Origin: Malacoraja senta
Taxonomy: Eukaryota
Assembly (NCBI GenBank): GCA_038087875.1
Contig: CM075998.1
Span: 3,288,001-3,352,000, forward strand
Direction of reading: 5' to 3'
DNA length: 64,000 bases
The translations under genes and the position numbers were made by a program. Below, in pieces: positions 63,331-64,000 of this stretch. Within the stretch, counting starts at the first letter, position 1. Every line of letters begins with the position of its first letter. Below the pieces are notes generated by a model, which was not told the DNA's origin, made no database searches, and saw only the letters and a program-made list of their open reading frames with translations.

Positions 63331-64000
63331 ACATCGCCGACAATGGACATTTTGAAGGCAGAGATTGCAAGATTCTTGATCAGGACGGGTGTCAGGGGTT
63401 ACGGGGAGAAGGCAGGAGAATGGGGGTTAGGAGGGAGAGATAGTTCAGCCATGATTGAATGACGGAGTTGATCTGATGGGACGAATGGACAAAAATAACC
63501 TTTTCACACAGAGGGTGGTGGGTGTATGGAACGAGGTGCCAGAGGAGGTAGTTGGGGCAGGGACTATCACGACGTATAAAAAACATTTGGACAGGTACAT
63601 GGATAGGACGGGTTTGGAGGGATATGGACCAAACGCAGGCAGGTGGGACTAGTGTAGATGGGGCATGTTGGTCAGTGTGGGCAAGTTGGGCCGAAGGGCC
63701 TGTTCCCGTGATGTATGACTCAATAGACAATAGATAATAGGTGCGGGAGTAGGCCATTCGGCCCTTCGAGCCAGCACCGCCATTCAATGTGATCATGGCT
63801 GATCATCCCCAATGGCTCAGTAAAACTATAAAGGATAGTATTCGGCTGAAGGCAAGGGCATATAAGGTAGCTAGAGATAGTGGGAGGGTAGAGGATTGGG
63901 AAGCATTTAAAGGTCAGCAAAAAATAACTAAGAGATTAATTAAGACGGGGAAAATAGACTATGAAAGGAATTTAGCGAACAACATAAAAACTAATAGTAA

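Overview
Vertebrate, repeat-dense genomic DNA. The repeat content (tRNA-derived V-SINE/HE1-like SINEs and CR1/HER1-like LINEs) points to a cartilaginous fish, probably a skate or ray (inference). The window has three contigs joined by two 200-N placeholder gaps (17010-17209, 43223-43422). The minus strand carries seven exons of the DH-PH region of ARHGEF25 (p63RhoGEF/GEFT, TRIO-family GEF) at 358-14539. Beyond the first gap lie the first two coding exons of NR4A1 (Nur77) at 41790-42589 and 24381-24510. The NR4A1 ligand-binding exons and the ARHGEF25 5' exons were not found and probably lie in the gap. The large NR4A1 exon has about 7 single-base deletions and no in-frame stops, most likely consensus errors. 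The rest is nested transposable elements: CR1, L2, Rex1/Babar, L1/Tx1-like, Penelope-like GIY-YIG, Hero/R2-like REL elements, MITEs, SINEs and minisatellites. Top finding: two divergent Hero-like retrotransposon 3' ends (51111-51184 minus; 32269-32338 plus) share an RNA fold containing every hammerhead-ribozyme core nucleotide. The strand order is non-canonical (not type I/II/III), the fold includes a kink-turn, every helix covaries between copies, and there is a C3-G8 to U3-A8 compensatory change. Separately, the Penelope-like elements carry many minimal hammerhead motifs, some amplified into tandem and fold-back arrays.
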